Below are positions 62,449-64,000 of a stretch of DNA of 64,000 nucleotides, one piece after another; position 1 is the stretch's first letter; the number at the start of each line of letters is the position of its first letter. The DNA is taken from the NCBI RefSeq assembly GCF_004010195.1, contig NC_057755.1, positions 12,084,966 through 12,148,965 of the forward strand, written 5' to 3'. Below the pieces are notes generated by a model. It was not told the DNA's origin. It saw nothing but the letters and a program-made list of their open reading frames with translations, and did no database searches. The DNA comes from Chiloscyllium plagiosum (lineage: Eukaryota). A program made the translations under genes and the position numbers.

Positions 62449-64000
62449 GGTTGGAGGGGTGGGGTCTGAGGGTGGAGGTGCGGGATGTGGACGAGATGCG
62501 TTGGAGGGCATCTTTAACCACGTGGGAAGGGAAATTGCGATCTCTAAAGAAGGAGGCCATCTGGTGGAACTGGTCCTCCTGGGAGCAGATACAGCAGAGG
62601 TGGAGGAATTGGGAATACGGGATGGCATTTTTGCAGGAGGCAGGGTGGGAAGAGGTGTAATCCAGGTAGCTGTGGGAGTCGGTGGGTTTGTAGAAAATGT
62701 CAGTGTCAAGTCGGTCGTCATTAATGGAGATGGAGAGGTCCAGGAAGGAGAGGGAGATGTCAGAGATGATCCATGTGAATTTAAGGTTGGGGTGGAATGT
62801 GTTGGTGAAGTTGATGAACTGCTCAACCTCCTCGCGGGAGCATGAGGTAGCGCCAATGCAGTCATCAATTGGCGGAAGAGGTGTGGAGTGGTGCTGGTGT
62901 AACTATGGAAGATGGACTGTTCTACGTAGCCAACAAAGAGACAGGCATAGCTGGGGCCCATACGTGTGCCCATGGCTACCCCTTTGATCTGGAGGAAGTG
63001 GGAGGATTCGAAGGAGAAATTGTTAAAGGTAAGGACCAGTTCAGCCAAATGAGTGAGAGTGACATTGGAAGGGTACTGTTGGGGACGTCGGGAGAGGAAG
63101 AAATGGAGGGCTTGGAGGCTTTGGTCATGGAAGATGAAGGTTTATGCGGAAAGTCAGGAGGGAAATTTGGCCAGTTGGATAGAAAACTGGCTAACCGGTC
63201 AAAGTCAGAGAGTGATGGTAGATGGTAAATATTCAGCCTCCGCAGGGATCAGTTCTGGGTCCTCTGCTGTTTGTAATTTTTATTAATGACTTGGAAGAGT
63301 GGGTGGGTAGTGAGGAGGGCTGTTGTCGGCTGCAAAGGGACTTAGATATGATGCAGAGCTGGGCTGAGGAGTGGCAGATGGAGTTCAACCCTGTCAAGTG
63401 TGAGGTTGTCCATTTTGGAAGGACAAATAAGAATGCTAGGCCTTTTCTCATTGGAACGGCGAAGGATGAGGGGTGACTTGATAGAGGTTTATAAGATGAT
63501 CAGAGGAATAGATAGAGTAGACAGTCAGAAACTTTTTCCCTGGGTACAACAGAGTGTTACAAGGGGACGTAAATTTAAGGTGAAGGGTGGAAGGTATAGG
63601 GGGGATGTCAGGGGTAGGTTCTTTACCCAGAGAGTGGTGGGGGCATGGAATGCGCTGCCTGTGGGAGTGGTAGAGTCAGAATCTTTGGTGACCTTTAAGC
63701 GGCAATTGGATAGGTACATGGATGGGTGCTTAAGCTAGGACAAATGTTCAGCACAACATCGTGGGCCGAAGGGCCTGTTCTGTGCTGTATTGTTCTATGT
63801 TCTATGTTCTATGTGTAGAGGGATTGGATATCCATGGTGAAGATGAGGTGTTGGAGGCCAGGGAAGCGGAAGTCTTGGAGGAGGTGGAGGGCGTGGGTGG
63901 TGTCTCGAAAGTATGTGGGGAGTTCCTGGACTAGGGGGGATAGGACAGTGTCAAGATAGGTGGAGATGAGTTCGGTGGGGCAGGAGCATGCTGAGACAAT
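62449..64000 (-). mobile_element. Penelope family A RT region interrupted by internally deleted CR1 (63140-63815, +)
   Basis: AELVLTFNNFSFESSHFLQIKGVAMGTRMGPSYACLFVGYVE; CR1 PQGSVLGPLLF, tail ttctatgttctatg. Confidence 0.85.

Overview
Repeat-dominated vertebrate genomic DNA, almost certainly from a shark or ray (inference from abundant HE1-type SINEs, HER1/CR1 LINEs, SacSINE1-like DeuSINEs and Penelope-like elements), with two assembly gaps (26466-26876, 62235-62448). The centrepiece is a nested cluster: a decayed Gmr1-like Ty3/gypsy retrotransposon (minus strand, ~16.58-28.51 kb, integrase upstream of RT) contains a ~7.3 kb class I endogenous retrovirus (plus strand; gag-pro-pol-env-3'LTR, HERV-I/EnvP(b)1-like, 5'LTR missing), itself interrupted by Penelope-derived inserts with target-site duplications (TSDs). 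Two Penelope-like families carry minimal hammerhead-ribozyme cores, and one has produced short fold-back insertions. The only credible host coding sequence is a phase-compatible two-exon candidate on the minus strand (59164-58878 and 53021-52777) that I cannot name. Most ORFs in the track are TE fragments or shadow frames. Boundaries of old repeats are approximate (tens of bp).
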